A stretch of 64,000 bases of DNA from Lingula anatina (lineage: Eukaryota; Animalia; Brachiopoda). Under the pieces are notes generated by a model. That model was not told where the DNA came from, did no database searches, and saw only the letters and a program-made list of their open reading frames with translations. How positions within the stretch are numbered: the first letter of the stretch is position 1; each line of letters opens with the position of its first letter. The stretch lies in assembly GCA_051362555.1 (NCBI GenBank), contig CM120642.1, forward strand, positions 5,890,001 through 5,954,000, read 5' to 3'. Made by a program: the position numbers and the translations under genes. Below are positions 1 through 12,640 of the stretch, piece after piece.

Positions 1-512
1 ATGGAATGCTTTTGTTTTTCAAAAGGATGCACTAAAGGTACATTAAAAAACTGAAACTGATTAAGTGTTGGTTGGCAGTGTTCATAAGATTTGATGAACT
101 TTTCTATTTCACAGCCAAAATATAACAATTTATGCCTGAGATGCTGCAGATGGTAAATTGGCATTGTAGTATAAATGTGACCGTTGCATTTCATCAATTT
201 TTTTTTTCTACTTCATAAAAAAATATGATTTTTGTGTTCAGACAGATGACGAATTTCTTTTAGGAATTGCATAATATGTTTAGATCAGATGCAATGAAGG
301 CCTAACCAGTCAAGGTTAGGCCAACATAACATGTACACATTTCCAGGAGCTATTAGCATTACCTTCAGCTGTCAGTCAGCTGTTCTATTATGTAATAGTT
401 CCATAAACACACTAATGACCATGGCAATCACTAATCATTTGCAAAGTAGAAACGTTTTTGTCTAATTTTGACCGTTCGCCGATTTCAACCGGATGACACC
501 GCTCTCGTGTTT

Positions 513-533
513 TTAGGTGTGCAAGGGACCAAA
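513..533 (-). CDS. Probable short terminal exon (FGPLHT*) of secreted Cys-rich protein
   Basis: ttctcaacaacatAG acceptor then TTT GGT CCC TTG CAC ACC TAA in phase 0; the true last exon could instead lie outside the window. Confidence 0.35.
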   Translation of the reverse strand, partial: FGPLHT

Positions 534-534
534 C

Positions 535-810
535 TATGTTGTTGAGAAGAATATGGTATTTTGAATGTAACCGAATATTGGGAAAGTCACACAAATCATT
601 TAAAATGTTTCATCAATGCACCACTCTCTCTTTCTCTCTCTCTCTCTCCTCTCTCTCTCTCTTTGTCTGTGTGTGTGTGTGCTTGCATCTGCAGAAAGGC
701 AATTGAATACACACACAGAAACAAAAATATGTTGTTGAGAAGAATATGGTATTATGAATGTTATCGAATATTGGGAACGTCACGCAAATGCATTTTAAAT
801 GTTTCATCGA

Positions 811-841
<31 letters not shown>

Positions 842-900
842 TTGTCTATGTGTGTGTGCTTGTATCCGCAAAAAAGGCACTTACACACACACATATCAAC
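535..900. repeat. Tandem duplication of ~195-bp unit containing (CT)n/(TG)n tracts
   Basis: tatgttgttgagaagaatatggtatt..gaatattgggaa..tttaaa..atgtttcatc..(CT)n..tgtgtgtgtgcttg occurs at ~535 and ~728. Confidence 0.85.
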
Positions 901-1026
901 GCACGCGCGCTATTGCATGCACTCAAACACTCACACAAACGCCAACAAACACTGTCGCGCGTGCGCCCCCACACACACACACACACGCACACACACACAC
1001 ATACACACACACTTTAATACGTGTAC

Positions 1027-1244
1027 CTGTGCGCATGTCAGACCCTGGTACATACTGTCGCCTTTCCTTGCTACATATTTCTGTAACAGGATCTGATCTG
1101 GGTCCTGGCAGTGGCAGTGAACGGCCAATACGCCCCCGGCAAACAGGCTTGCCCCCTCTACTTCCACCGCCGTCTCATCACCCTTACACTCACGACGACC
1201 TTTCTTTAGGGAACAGTAAGAATTTTGCGCGACAAATTTTTGGT
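1027..1244 (-). CDS. Exon 3 of secreted Cys-rich protein
   Basis: atttcAG acceptor (phase 1), (D)QKFVAQNSYCSLKKGRRECKGDETAVEV..VHCHCQDPDQ..QGLTCAQ, CAG|GTAC donor (phase 0). Confidence 0.8.
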
Positions 1245-1688
1245 CTGAAATAATATTTTGAAACATTTAATAACGTGTTATTTTTGTGCCCAAGTGACAT
1301 TTGTATATATCGATTTTGGAAAATTGTGAAAGCCTTCGTTAACAGTGAGGCAAAATTATACATGTTTCCGTAAAAAGATATATTACTTACTAAGAAAAGA
1401 TGTAGGCACTAAAAAAATAGTGTTTGCAAGGTCAAAATTGCATTGCATTTTTCAGGTTTTAGTCTGTTATTCTTGTTTATGTGTAACATGTATTTATAAA
1501 AAAAATGGAGTTCGACATTTCGTTTACGAGAAGGACCTATTTTTAATAATACTGATAGAGAGATAGTTCTTGCTCTTCAACCTTTGAACATCTTTGCGTC
1601 TATTTTTACATCAATGTTTTGATTTCGTTTGCTAAGTATTTAGACTACGTGTACACAGTTAGTGCGTGCATTTAAGTACATGACTCAC

Positions 1689-1866
1689 CGTTATCCAACT
1701 TCACATACCAGGAGAGCTGGCGATGTTGGGCTTTGGGCTCCCCGGGCGTTGGGCAACCTCGCCAACACGGGCAGAAGTTGCCTTGGGGCTTCAGGAATGG
1801 GATCTCTTGGAGAGAATCGTCACGCATGCGCAATGCTACGCTTGAGTCGCATGGTCCTCGGCATTG
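1689..1866 (-). CDS. Exon 2 of secreted Cys-rich protein
   Basis: ttgcAG acceptor, QCRGPCDSS..NFCPCWRGCPTPGEPKAQHRQLSWYVKLDN, G|GTGAGT donor; phase 0 in, phase 1 out, compatible with both flanking exons. Confidence 0.8.
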
Positions 1867-2603
1867 CTGCAATATGCGATAATATAAATTATAATTACTA
1901 TGATCATGGATCATAATTATGTGAAAATGCAGAGGCAAAGTATACAGTATACATAAAAACTTATGTTTCAAGTTAAAAATAAAAGGTTTTAAAAACAAGA
2001 AAAAATTAGCATTGATTAGTTTTCTGAACAGTCAGTTTTACAAAGTATTCTTGCGCCATTATTTGCTATGATGATAATTTTTTCCTCAAATTTTCTCTCT
2101 CAAGCCCCCCTCCCCTCCTTGCCGTATTAAAATTATTTTTGTAAATGAATAGTAGTGTGTGAATTATTTCATTTTTTCACTATATTTGTAATGCATATAC
2201 AGTTTTATCTTTTTAAATCATCATATGATATTAACAGAGTTAAATGACAAGACAAAACAAGTTTCTCTTTTATTAATCTAGCTATTCATTCCTCTATTTA
2301 GTTGTCGTTGAAGTTTTATTCATGTAAATGTGCCCTTCATCAATTTATTTCTGTGCAGTAATTTCCTTCAATTCAGCATAACAGTCGGTACTACACGTTC
2401 TTGGTACCCAAGAATTAAACTAACGAATAAAAAAGTTAACCGTTTTGTGAATTACAGTTAAGGATTATGAACGGGGTTTGGGGGGTTTATCAGGGGGAGC
2501 AGTTTCCGTTCGATTTTATTTCCAAATTTGCTAACATCAAACCTGTCATCATTGACAATTGCCAGATGTGGCGATTCCCTCGCACTCCCTGCGTCCCCCA
2601 CGC

Positions 2604-2641
<38 letters not shown>

Positions 2642-2679
2642 TCATAAAAAACGCGCCTCTTTACTAGCTTATTATCTCA

Positions 2680-3283
2680 GATTTAGAAATAACAAACAAC
2701 CTGTAAATTCAAGAAAGAAAAGAATGACAACCCCAGTAAAAGCACCAGCCTTACCGCAGATCCCAAGTGGGGTGTTCTTCTGAGCGCCTGTGATACTTTC
2801 GTCAACAGAAACAATGCCAGAAAGGCTATGAGAAGTCCACAGCAACTTATACGAGACATCGTGAAAATATTTTATCAGCGAATCCAATAAAAAGGATAGC
2901 AATTCTGCTAAACTGTGCTGCTCGGCAAAAAATATGATTCTCACGCTAAGATCTGATGATCTTTATCAAACGTCTTCCGCACAAAAATAGGCTGAATCAT
3001 AAAATGCTGGTGTCAGTAGCACCGACCTCTTCAAACCCAGTGATAGTCAATTTCTTTTCATCGGTGACTCGCGGCTTCTGACTTTCCGAGAATGTTCCCT
3101 GCTTCTTAAAAGCCACTGCGATGGGCGGGGTCTCACACTAAGGCTCCTTGTCATACTATGCGCACTGAAGGTCAGATCGTTTGTATGCTTTTTACAGGTT
3201 AATTAACTTCAGCACCTTGTTCAAATAAAACTACCGCGCCGTGACGGCCCATAGGAGCTTGCGCGTGCGCATTTCACCAGGCC
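2680..3283. repeat. Segmental duplicate copy A (upstream region + exon 1); partner at ~5699-6266
   Basis: Near-identical colinear sequence from tttagaaat.. to ..taggagcttgcgcgtgcg..accagg. Confidence 0.9.
2755..2859 (-). CDS. Exon 1 (copy A) of secreted Cys-rich Argos/scoloptoxin-11-like protein: signal peptide
   Basis: Reverse complement reads ATG..MSRISCCGLLIAFLALFLLTKVSQALRRTPHLGSA (105 nt, hydrophobic core, SQA-L cleavage-like site) followed by a GTAAGG donor, phase 0. Confidence 0.8.
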
Positions 3284-5242
3284 CAGTGGCGGATATAGGA
3301 GGGAGGGGGGGTAAGCGGGGGTCAGGGGAGACTGATCTCAGCAATGACAGATTGCTGAGAGATCTGGAGGTATGTCCCCAAATCGGAAGACTCACGACGA
3401 GATCGGAAAGATTGACAGGTCTGAACCATAAAATGTGTTCCCATCAGAAAGTGGGATGGTAGGCCTACGTTATCATTACAAGTGAAGGCGCCCAGTATGA
3501 TGAGACGCCTATTTCCTTTGGCATTTTATGCTCTCTAGAATATAAATTTAGATTGTTTTCACTTACCTAAGCAGGCAGCGTTAACAGGAATAGAAAGAAA
3601 AACTTGCGCGTCAGTTTTTCCTTCGTGATAGATATTTTTGTAAGATTGACATTGGTTGTATGTTGACTGTGTCAGGAAGTATCCGTTAGCGCTTATCACT
3701 TCTTCATACCTCTCAGTTTTAATTTGTTCACTTGTAAATATACGTGCATTATTCCTTGTTTTAATTTAATATGGTTATATAATTTCGATTAAAATTGCAA
3801 TATATAATCTTTTGTAATTAACTCCTTGGTTGAGGCTAGAATGAAAGCTCATTTATGAAATCTCCCTGGGTCCTATTCCTACCCTGCGTCAAAAAAGTCT
3901 AGATATAAACAATAACAGTTAACTAGACGAACAAGGAACACGCCCTTTTTGCCTTAAAATGTCTAACCAACATGGGTCAGTAGAACACGAGGCGTGTCAG
4001 AGTGACCTAGACTAAATTTTACGTGCGTCTGGACGCTTTAATAGCTCCGTATTTTTCTAAATAATCCAGTACATTGACTCTGCGTGAGTTACACCCCATG
4101 TTGACATGAACATTTGGATTACCTTGTCTACATTTTGGATTTGGATCTATCGATGTACACAAATTAAGAATAACAGGCAACATCCTCTTTTTTTATGATA
4201 CATAGTTAGTCGCAACACTAACTATATTTCATAACTGTTGCGACAGTACTTAGACTAGCTATCATCACAACTTCAGAGTAAGTTTACGCCTTATATGATC
4301 TTATAACAGATACTGATGAAAATGAAGAACCCTACACAATGAGCACAAATAATAACGAACTGAAATGTGGAAAGAAACGCTCTGTTTTATACGGAGTTGA
4401 CACACTTATTTAATACAGCTCATTGGGCATACACTTCTAGTTTGGGTGACTAATCTTATTTATAAAAAGTCATGCTCATTCTATGTTACATTGAGCTACA
4501 AATTCAGTCACTGCCTTTAATACGTTTGGCTCTTAAGGTTTAATTGCATTGGCAGAATCTGTCGGACAGATTTACACGTGGACGCGGCGGTAATCCACGT
4601 GAGGATATGTGTTATCTTAAAAAGTTCCAAATGTAATTTCACACGAGGGGATCATCTCACGTGGAAACACACGTGTACTCGCATAGACAAAATACCGCGT
4701 ACACCCAATAACTTTTGCTATAATAATAATAATAAAAATGATGAAAGTGCACCAAACTTTTGCTGTTTGGGAGTCCGATTTAATATTAGAGGCCACAGAG
4801 ATGAGAACGATAACAATCCCTAAATACTTACTGGCACGATGTAAATGTAAACATACAATAATGACAATCTGGACAAACTGGCAGAGCACATGAGCTAATA
4901 GTAAACTGTTCTGACCTTGAAAAAACAAATGATAGCAGCAGGATGCTGAGAGCACCACTTTATTTAATTTCTGAACCAGATTTATTGCTTTTCCGTGTTA
5001 CTTAAAGTGGTGCCGGGGAGTTTGATTAGTGCCAGCTGTGTGATATCTTGTAAGATTTTTCTGCTCTCTCTCTCTCTCTCGTTGATCGGTTTCACAATAA
5101 AAAAACGTTTTCCGCAGTTATAACAGAAATGATGGCGAAATTACATTGTTTTCTTATTTTCCTGAGGTGGTAATTTAAAGGGAATCTTTCGAGTTTGCAA
5201 TGTGAGCAAGTTTTGTGTTTCCATAAGAATGTGTAATATCAT

Positions 5243-5275
<33 letters not shown>

Positions 5276-5698
5276 TTTATTTCTTAAAACCGCACTACAC
5301 TACCGTCTCAGTGCTGTTAAAAGATAAAATTATCAGGGCAATCAATGGATTCCTGAACCATTTAAAAAGTGTTGTTTTAAAAAATTGAGTGTCAATATAA
5401 CTCCTTCTAGTTACAAAAATCACAAAACTAGGAGAGCCACAAACAGCCCGGGCAGCTCAGTCAATGGCGCCCCAAAATTATCATTGTTAATTAAGGGATA
5501 ACAAAATCAAAAGGTCAAATTGACGGATAATTTCCTGTTAGTGGATATATGAACCGATTTCCTTGAAGATCGCAGAAAAAACTCAAAACTAACAAGAATG
5601 CGTTAATTGCTTTATACATACATGTACGCACACACACTTATAAAACACCCACGCTCCTCAAACACAAACGCGCCACTTAACTAGCAAATAACGACAGG

Positions 5699-6266
5699 TT
5701 TAGAAATTACAAATAATCAACAACAAAGCACCAGCCTTACCGCAGATTCCAAGTGAGGTGTTCTTCTGAACGCTTGTGTATCTTTCGTGAACAGAAACAA
5801 TGCCAGAAAGGCTATGAGAAGTCCACAGCAACTTATACGAGACATCGTGAAAACCTTTTATCTGCGAGGCCGCTAAAAAGGATAACTTCAGTTCTGCTAA
5901 ACGCTGCTAGGCGAAGACTGTGATTCCCAAGCTGTGTTCGTATGATCTTTATCAAATGTCTTCCGCATAAAAAATAGGCTGAATCATAAAACGCTGGTGT
6001 CAGTAGAACCGACCTCTTCAAACCCAGTGATAGTTACCGAATTTCTTATCATCGGTGACTCACGGATACTGACTTTCTGAGAATGCTCCCTGCTTCTTAA
6101 AAGCCACTAAATTGGGCCGTGGTCTCACGCTGAGGCTCCTCTGTCACAATATTGGCACTGAAGGTCAGAGTGTTTTATGCTTTTTATGGGTTAATTAATC
6201 TCAGCACCTTTTTCAAAGAAAACTACCATGGCCCCTAGGAGCTTGCGCGTGCGTATTTTACCAGGG
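5699..6266. repeat. Segmental duplicate copy B (upstream region + exon 1)
   Basis: Colinear with 2680-3283. Confidence 0.9.
5741..5845 (-). CDS. Duplicated exon 1 (copy B): signal peptide MSRISCCGLLIAFLALFLFTKDTQAFRRTPHLESA
   Basis: Paralogous to 2755-2859, same 105-nt length, intact ATG, frame and GTAAGG donor. Confidence 0.6.
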
Positions 6267-8016
6267 CCCCCAAAATGTGATCTCTATTTCACAAATCGCA
6301 CAATCGCATAGGCCCCTAAATGTCCGTTTTGTCTTTCAAGAGATGTTTATGTTAAGCACAAAATACCACGATAAAAGACAATATCGATATGGTCAGCAGC
6401 GATTTTGTATTTATATATAAGACCCAGTTAATTGCTAAATCAACATTCTTTACCGGTATGTCGATTTCGCATTTTGGGTTCCCAGTAAAATACGCGCCAG
6501 CAGGTTCCTATGGGCCATGGTTGAAAAACTACCAGATGATATTTAAGTACTTTCAACCATTGCACTTGATTTCATTATCTCCTCTCTGTTACCCGTAGTT
6601 TGTTATCCCTTTAGTCATAATATTTTGAGTATACCTCTAGTGCCGTCTCTTATTGCAGATGCTTGGCTGTTGGTGGTACATGTAAGGGCCTCAAAATAAC
6701 TTTCTGCCATCCAACAAGTTATTTTAAAATACTTTACAATGAGTAGGTTACCGATTGTCTTTTGTGTAATGATAATTAAAAAGGTAATCGTCTCGAAAGA
6801 AACTTCATTCCGTCTTCGTAGAAAACACGTTTAGTCTCTTTATTTTTATCGTGTTTAGTTTGGATTTTGATATGTCACTTGGAAAATAAATTATGCAATT
6901 TTTATAATGAGCGACATTCTGGATTTCAGATCAAGAGAAATAACTTTAAAAGGCAGAGATATCTAGTTAACTCACGTCAGTTTTGGAAAAGTCACATTAG
7001 CTCTGGTAAAATTAAAACATATTGGTAATTTTCTGTTTAAAATGGTCTGTTTGACATAATTGGCCAGTAAATGTAATCCAAAAGACGTCACTAGAGCTAA
7101 ATATTCCAGCAGGCACAGTAACGATGGTATACAACATCAAATTAATGTCAACTGAAAACAATAATCCCCTTGATTATATAAGTAATTTTTGTGAAACTTT
7201 ATAACACTTCAAAGTATTTATATGAAAGCTAAAATAATGTCGGTCCATCGCCGTTGGTATGACGTTGACAGAAAACCACTTTCTGGTAACACAACGTTCA
7301 CATGTTAATGTTGATTGGATAACGTTGCGACCACTTTTTTCACATTTTCGGGTTACACAATGTTGTTCTATTGACGTTGATAGAGCAAATTCTCCAGATT
7401 TTAATCTTTTTTTAACTCTGGCCATTTTTATTGGTAACACCTCTGTCGAATTTGAACAAGCTAAGCGTCAGTCTCTTTTTTTTTTTTTTAATTTGAAGAT
7501 TTCTCCAACAGTGTAGGCCTATAATTTGTATAAAAATATCCTGTTTGATGCTGACGTTACCTGTTATTCAGTCACAGTCTGTCGGATGTATTATCTTTTG
7601 CAGAGATAACCGTCATAATACGACAGTGTATATTGGTAAATCCCTGTTTAAGCCATTTATAATTAATTGATGGAACGTAAACGGATTTGAAGATCTAGAA
7701 TGTGGTAGTTGCGCTATTGAAATGCGCCAAGCTGTGATCTTCAAACGTCACAGCAATTTGAAGCGGAAATATTCTTTTTTAAAGTTAAATCTCACAAAGA
7801 CGTACAAAAATTTCTTAGATTATATTTCTTATGTCATATATGTATCTTTTACATAAAAAAGAAGGTAAATATTTAACTCGTAACGCATGATTTTTGGAGG
7901 GGGCTTAATATAAATATTAAAAAAATCTGGCCATAAAACCCATTGGAGATCTCAGACGTAAAGTAATATCATAGCATAAACCACGAGGATTGACAAGCAA
8001 TATCATAAACAGCTAA

Positions 8017-8977
8017 TTACGGGTAATGTGAATAATCCAAAGCATAGGAAAACGTCCACAATTGAAACGCGTTGTTCTCAGTCCTACAAATAGTGGCTTG
8101 CGGTGCTTGTTTCCCATCTAGTGGCTCTACTACCGCTGTCACTTGTTCTATACACAGAGTACGCTCAACTCCTCGGTCTATAATAGTAATAACAATATTG
8201 CCGTAAGAGGGCGTTATGGGATTCAAATCCCAAAACGTTTGTATATGCTTCATATCACAGTCTTGGAGTGTTAGCATCAGTGAAGGGTAGTGCAACGTGA
8301 CGCATTTATCGCGTAATTTTAATCGCCCGTCGTGGTAGAGCGCAAATTCATTTTCGGGTCTGACGCGGGAATAATAACAATCATAGGTCATGACTATGTA
8401 ACCATGGTCATCCACCTCCAAGCACGCCCTTGATGCCGTGTTCATGACCTCTCCGAAGTTCTTGGCGTTCAGTGGAGGGATATTATGCTCCGGAATTATA
8501 TTGTTTAGAAACCAATCAAAGGATTTGCATTTATGGCGGTCTGTGATCCACGTTTTACGGCTGCGTATCAGGGCAATATCCCTCGGCGTGAAGTCGACAC
8601 GTTTGTAATCAAAAGCTCTCGTTGCTGCGTACATGTAGCGTCTATATGGCCCCATCCAAAGTTCTGCAACTCGCATTATATTTTTGGCAACAATCTTCTC
8701 CTTGTCCCCGTCAAAGCTGTATGAGAAGGGCTTGAACACGTGACCGACGTGTGCACACGGCACTGTCATCACGGACCCCCCGCAAAGCCACACCCTAAAA
8801 GCGAGTTCGATGTTCTCTCCTCCCCATATGTTCAGCCCTTCGTCAAAGCCGCCGATTTCTTGGAAATATTTCTTAGTAACGGCTATTGCACACCCGACCA
8901 GTGTAGGGGTTCTGTACGCGTCTGCAAATGTTTTGAGTTTCTTTAATTCAAACTCCGGGGTTGCCATCCAGACATAC
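8017..8977 (-). CDS. GALNT: GALNT coding exon 3 (Gal/GalNAc-T motif and ricin-type lectin domain)
   Basis: tttcAG acceptor in phase 2; WGGENIE, RVWLCGG, VGHVF, CKSFDWFL, Cys-containing lectin repeats ending in QLW; spliced CDS 1803 nt = 600 aa. Confidence 0.93.
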
Positions 8978-9395
8978 CTGAAACACACAACTGACGGTCA
9001 ACCGACTGTGTTAAAGGTGAAATAAATCGTCATAAAAATCATCACTCAAACTTGCAGTGATAAAAACTAAGTACTTATAAAGTATTTGCGTTACGTAGAC
9101 CCTATATACATTTTAATGTTTTGTCAAAGACAATCTAACCTAGAAAGCGTGTGCTGATAAATATTTTACGGACGGATAAAAAAGGATGATCATTTAGAAA
9201 ACTTTACCTCAGAATCATGTTGAGGAAATTTTTAACTTTTCACTTCATGCCTTAAAAGATTTATACATCAGATAGTTTTAAACCCCGTTTTAACAGAGCA
9301 TTTGGTACAAAATGATTCGCCCAATGGGAACCGGTCTAGATCTTTCATTACACGAGACTTTCTCGTGCATGACACCTGCTTATATATATACTCAC

Positions 9396-9577
9396 TTCAT
9401 GTCCCATCCAAAGCCTCCCCTCATACGATCAGCTCCGCTTCTATAGGCAATGGTCCATTGGTCGATTTCGTCCACAGCTGGCTGTACCACGCTGTGCGGG
9501 TTGTCCTTGAGGTATTGAAGAATAGGCTCCACCCACCCGTGGTTCACCTCAGTATGGGCATCGTGAAATATGATGAC
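9396..9577 (-). CDS. GALNT: GALNT coding exon 2 (DxH motif)
   Basis: Not in ORF track; tAG|VIIFHDAHTEVNHGWVEPIL..RGGFGWDM(K)|GTGAGT; phase 0 in, phase 2 out. Confidence 0.92.
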
Positions 9578-9921
9578 CTAGGGTGTTACAGGGTGAAATT
9601 TCTGTTACCTTTGTCACAGTTGAAATGTTTTGATATTACAACAGAAGCCTCAAAATTTGACAAAAACAAAAAGAAAGAAAAAACTTACAGGTATTACTAC
9701 GAGGAATATTACATCATAAAATGCTCATATAGATATTCTTTCAGATTAAATATTTACAAAGCATTCTCTAAAGTACGCTGTGAACCTCAACAGCCATTGT
9801 TACTAGTATGAAATGCAATAATATAGAGACGGCTAATCTGTCAACAAATTCCCAAGCGGTTCAAAAGATTGAAAGCCTCATCGTTTACTGGATCGATAGC
9901 ATTTATGTGTGTGCTCCCCGA

Positions 9922-10088
9922 TGTAACAGGAATGGTTGTCCGCTTGGAACCGTAGTCCGTTCCCCATTACTTTGTACAGTTGACATTCGTCCCATATACA
10001 AACCCCAATACTCCAACTAACCCTAACCTGTACTAATCATATATGGGAGCCCGAACTTCCATTCCTAGGACTTTCATTCCTGTCACAC
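9922..10088. mobile_element. Short non-autonomous element (MITE/HINE-like) with tgtaacaggaat..attcctgtcaca inverted ends and an internal taaccctaacc motif, in a GALNT intron
   Basis: Related copies at ~51935-52080, ~52080-52245 and a partial copy at ~14495-14577. Confidence 0.75.
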
Positions 10089-10281
10089 CTGAGCCAGTCA
10101 AAGCCAAACCTCCTTTGATTTTTCGCACAAAAATCGCCTAAGTTACCTTTCAATATATTACACATCCCGTGGAAGAAACTCGTGCTACAGGTCCTTGTTT
10201 TAGCAATAACTGGTAAATACCTCTTAAAGGAGGAAAACGCACAATAGGAAGCTATATATTTGTTCGCGCGTCCATACATAC

Positions 10282-10941
10282 CTCTCCGGTTGCTAAACTG
10301 GCTGCTAGCATTCTAGCCCGTATCAGCCCCTCCCTTTTAATACTTCGTACCAGCCTGACTTTTTTGAGTAGTCGTATATATTTAGTCAAAGGTTCCTTTA
10401 GATCTTCGTTTTTACTAGCATCATCGATGAGTATTATTTCTACTAGGAGGCGGCTTGGGGTTCTGTCTAATAGAGCGTGAATAGCGCGCAGTAGCATTGA
10501 GAGAGCTTCATTGTAGAACGGCATAATAACCGTCACGTTTGGCAACTTGTCACGGTCATACACCAGTCTCTTGCAGTCTTGAGACCGTGCATCGGGGACG
10601 TCTCTTCGAAGCGGGAGACGATCACTTAGCGTGACATTGAGATTGTACACAGAGTCGGGAGGGCGGGGTCGATCGGCGCTGAGGATTTCTTTCCGGATTT
10701 CGTCCAATCGCTCTTGAATGACACCGTCGTCCTCCGCTGTTAATGCTTTAGCTTTGAGAATATCTCTCCTTACTATCCCCACGTCTTGTGAATGTCTCCA
10801 ATTTATCTGAGATTCCTGTTCGACTTGTGTTAAACAGTACATGAATAGCACTGTGCTAAGCAAAGAAAGGACTAGAAGGCGAACAACCCATTTTCGTATC
10901 CAGCCAGCTTGGCCGGACATCTTCAACCGGCGTGGCAACAT
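10282..10941 (-). CDS. GALNT: Polypeptide N-acetylgalactosaminyltransferase, coding exon 1 (TM anchor, stem, start of GT-A domain)
   Basis: Type II TM segment VVRLLVLSLLSTVLFMYCL; LPNVTVIMPFYNEALSMLLR, EIILIDDAS, REGLIRAR motifs; GAG|GTATGT donor. Confidence 0.92.
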
Positions 10942-12539
10942 CTTGGTCTCCACTACCTGTCCCCTTGGTAACCCAGGTATTTAATTAACCATCCAAGCCG
11001 TAAGTTAGATCTTAAATCCCCCATCGCCTTCAGCTGTAAGGACTAATTTTGTTCCCCGTCTCACCTGCCATGTGAGCCTAAGGTGTATTGTATTGTGTTG
11101 GTCTCTGTATAAAGTATTGTAGGGCGTAATAACTGGGTCACCACGCCTATTTATAACCTTCTTAGTCAGTTCGACATTGTAGCTAAACCCATGCACCCCG
11201 CAGCAAGCCTTTGAAATATTAATATTTATGAATATTCTTTCATATAAGCTTTTGGGTTGCAATAAACACACGTGTTGGAGTTTTAATTTACTACCTAATA
11301 TTTTCATTTTATCCAGTAAAAAGTCAGAAAAAATTGATTTAAGTGTAAAAAATATATTCAATTTATTTTAGCGGTCTGGCTTTTCTATCATTTGGTTATA
11401 AATATAGTCCGCAAAAATTGCTTATTTGTTGTATTTGAAGCTGAAAGAGTAAATTGGTACCGACTGCACCGGAGAAAAACTACAAGTATTGGCCTTTCTT
11501 AAAACCAAAGATCTACACACAGCCGATAGACTATATAAGTATTGTTTGTTGGGAAAAGTAGCTTTATTATGTGAATTATTTCCCGCGCCATTTTCTCGGG
11601 CCAGCATACTCAATGAGCAAACTATCTAAAATGATAATTTGCTTCAACATCCCCCCATAAAAAAAGTCGAATCATCCAGACTTATTTCATGCTTTTTATG
11701 TAATTTTATTGCTTATTCTTGCAACTACAGTATGAGTTGGATTGTTCATGCACTATGAGAGAGTCATAGAGGTAACTAAAACACATAATTATGATTTTGT
11801 CCGCTAAAAACATAAAAGAAGAATTCAGTGATTTAAATATTCAATCAATAAACTTCTTTAAAATAGTTGATTGCAAATAGGTTTGTCCATTAAAATTTTG
11901 AACGCTTTAATAAGAAAACAAAAATAACCATCTTGTAGGCTTATCAATACATTTCAAAATAGCTGAAGATGTTTGCGCAAATAATATACGGAGCTGCCTG
12001 CGAGAGGCCGTATAAAAATCTTCGTTGTCATATTCAGTTTGCTTGTTTTTAGACATGCAATCATTTTATAAAATTTTGTGAACCATTTAATTTAAAGATA
12101 CGTTTTACTACTTCTAGAGCTGTGAATAAACACGAAGACATTACGTAGGCCTAACATCGGGCCTTCACATCACCGAGCGTATCAACTAAAATCAACTCTC
12201 TTTTAATATTTCGTTTTCTGTCAAAAACTCACTAAATGTGCTAATTTACACAATTTTCTGTTACCTCAGGCTCATATAAAGAGACAAATTAAGCACTTAC
12301 TAGAATAACAAATTGTTTTGAATTCGTACCCTTGTTGATCTTTGTTCTACCATGCGCGCGGGCGCATAACGCATTTTAAAAAGAGAGAAAGAGAAAAAGA
12401 TAGAGAGAGACTGTCTTCATATTCTGGTAGAACGCTCACGCGTGTAATAATAATAATAATAATAAGGGGTGATATATATATATATATATAATCTCTAAAC
12501 ATTGCTCTGCTGCGTCAAATGTCATTACAACTCAAATTG

Positions 12540-12640
12540 AGGTACCGGAAAAAACATTACCCACAATGCATTTGCAGTAATGGTCACGAAGGGATTAGAA
12601 GCAGTGCCATGCCCGCGCGAAGCGTGTTATGAAGATGCTT
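12540..12640. promoter_or_regulatory. Candidate (bidirectional) promoter between GALNT and the zinc-finger gene
   Basis: TTACCCACAATGCATT at 12557-12572 matches the ZNF143/Staf site; nearby CCGGAA and CpG-rich CGCGCG; the flanking genes are divergent. Confidence 0.45.

Noticed and set aside
561-1253. 230-aa plus-strand ORF and overlapping ORFs
   Set aside because: They run through (CT)n/(TG)n/(CA)n microsatellites and are antisense to the real exon 1027-1244
9302-9811. 169-aa plus-strand ORF
   Set aside because: Antisense shadow of GALNT exon 2 plus intron
10252-10281. ORF-track C-terminal extension VCMDARTNI, and the GTG start at 10953
   Set aside because: The extension is read-through past the GTATGT donor; the first ATG is at 10941
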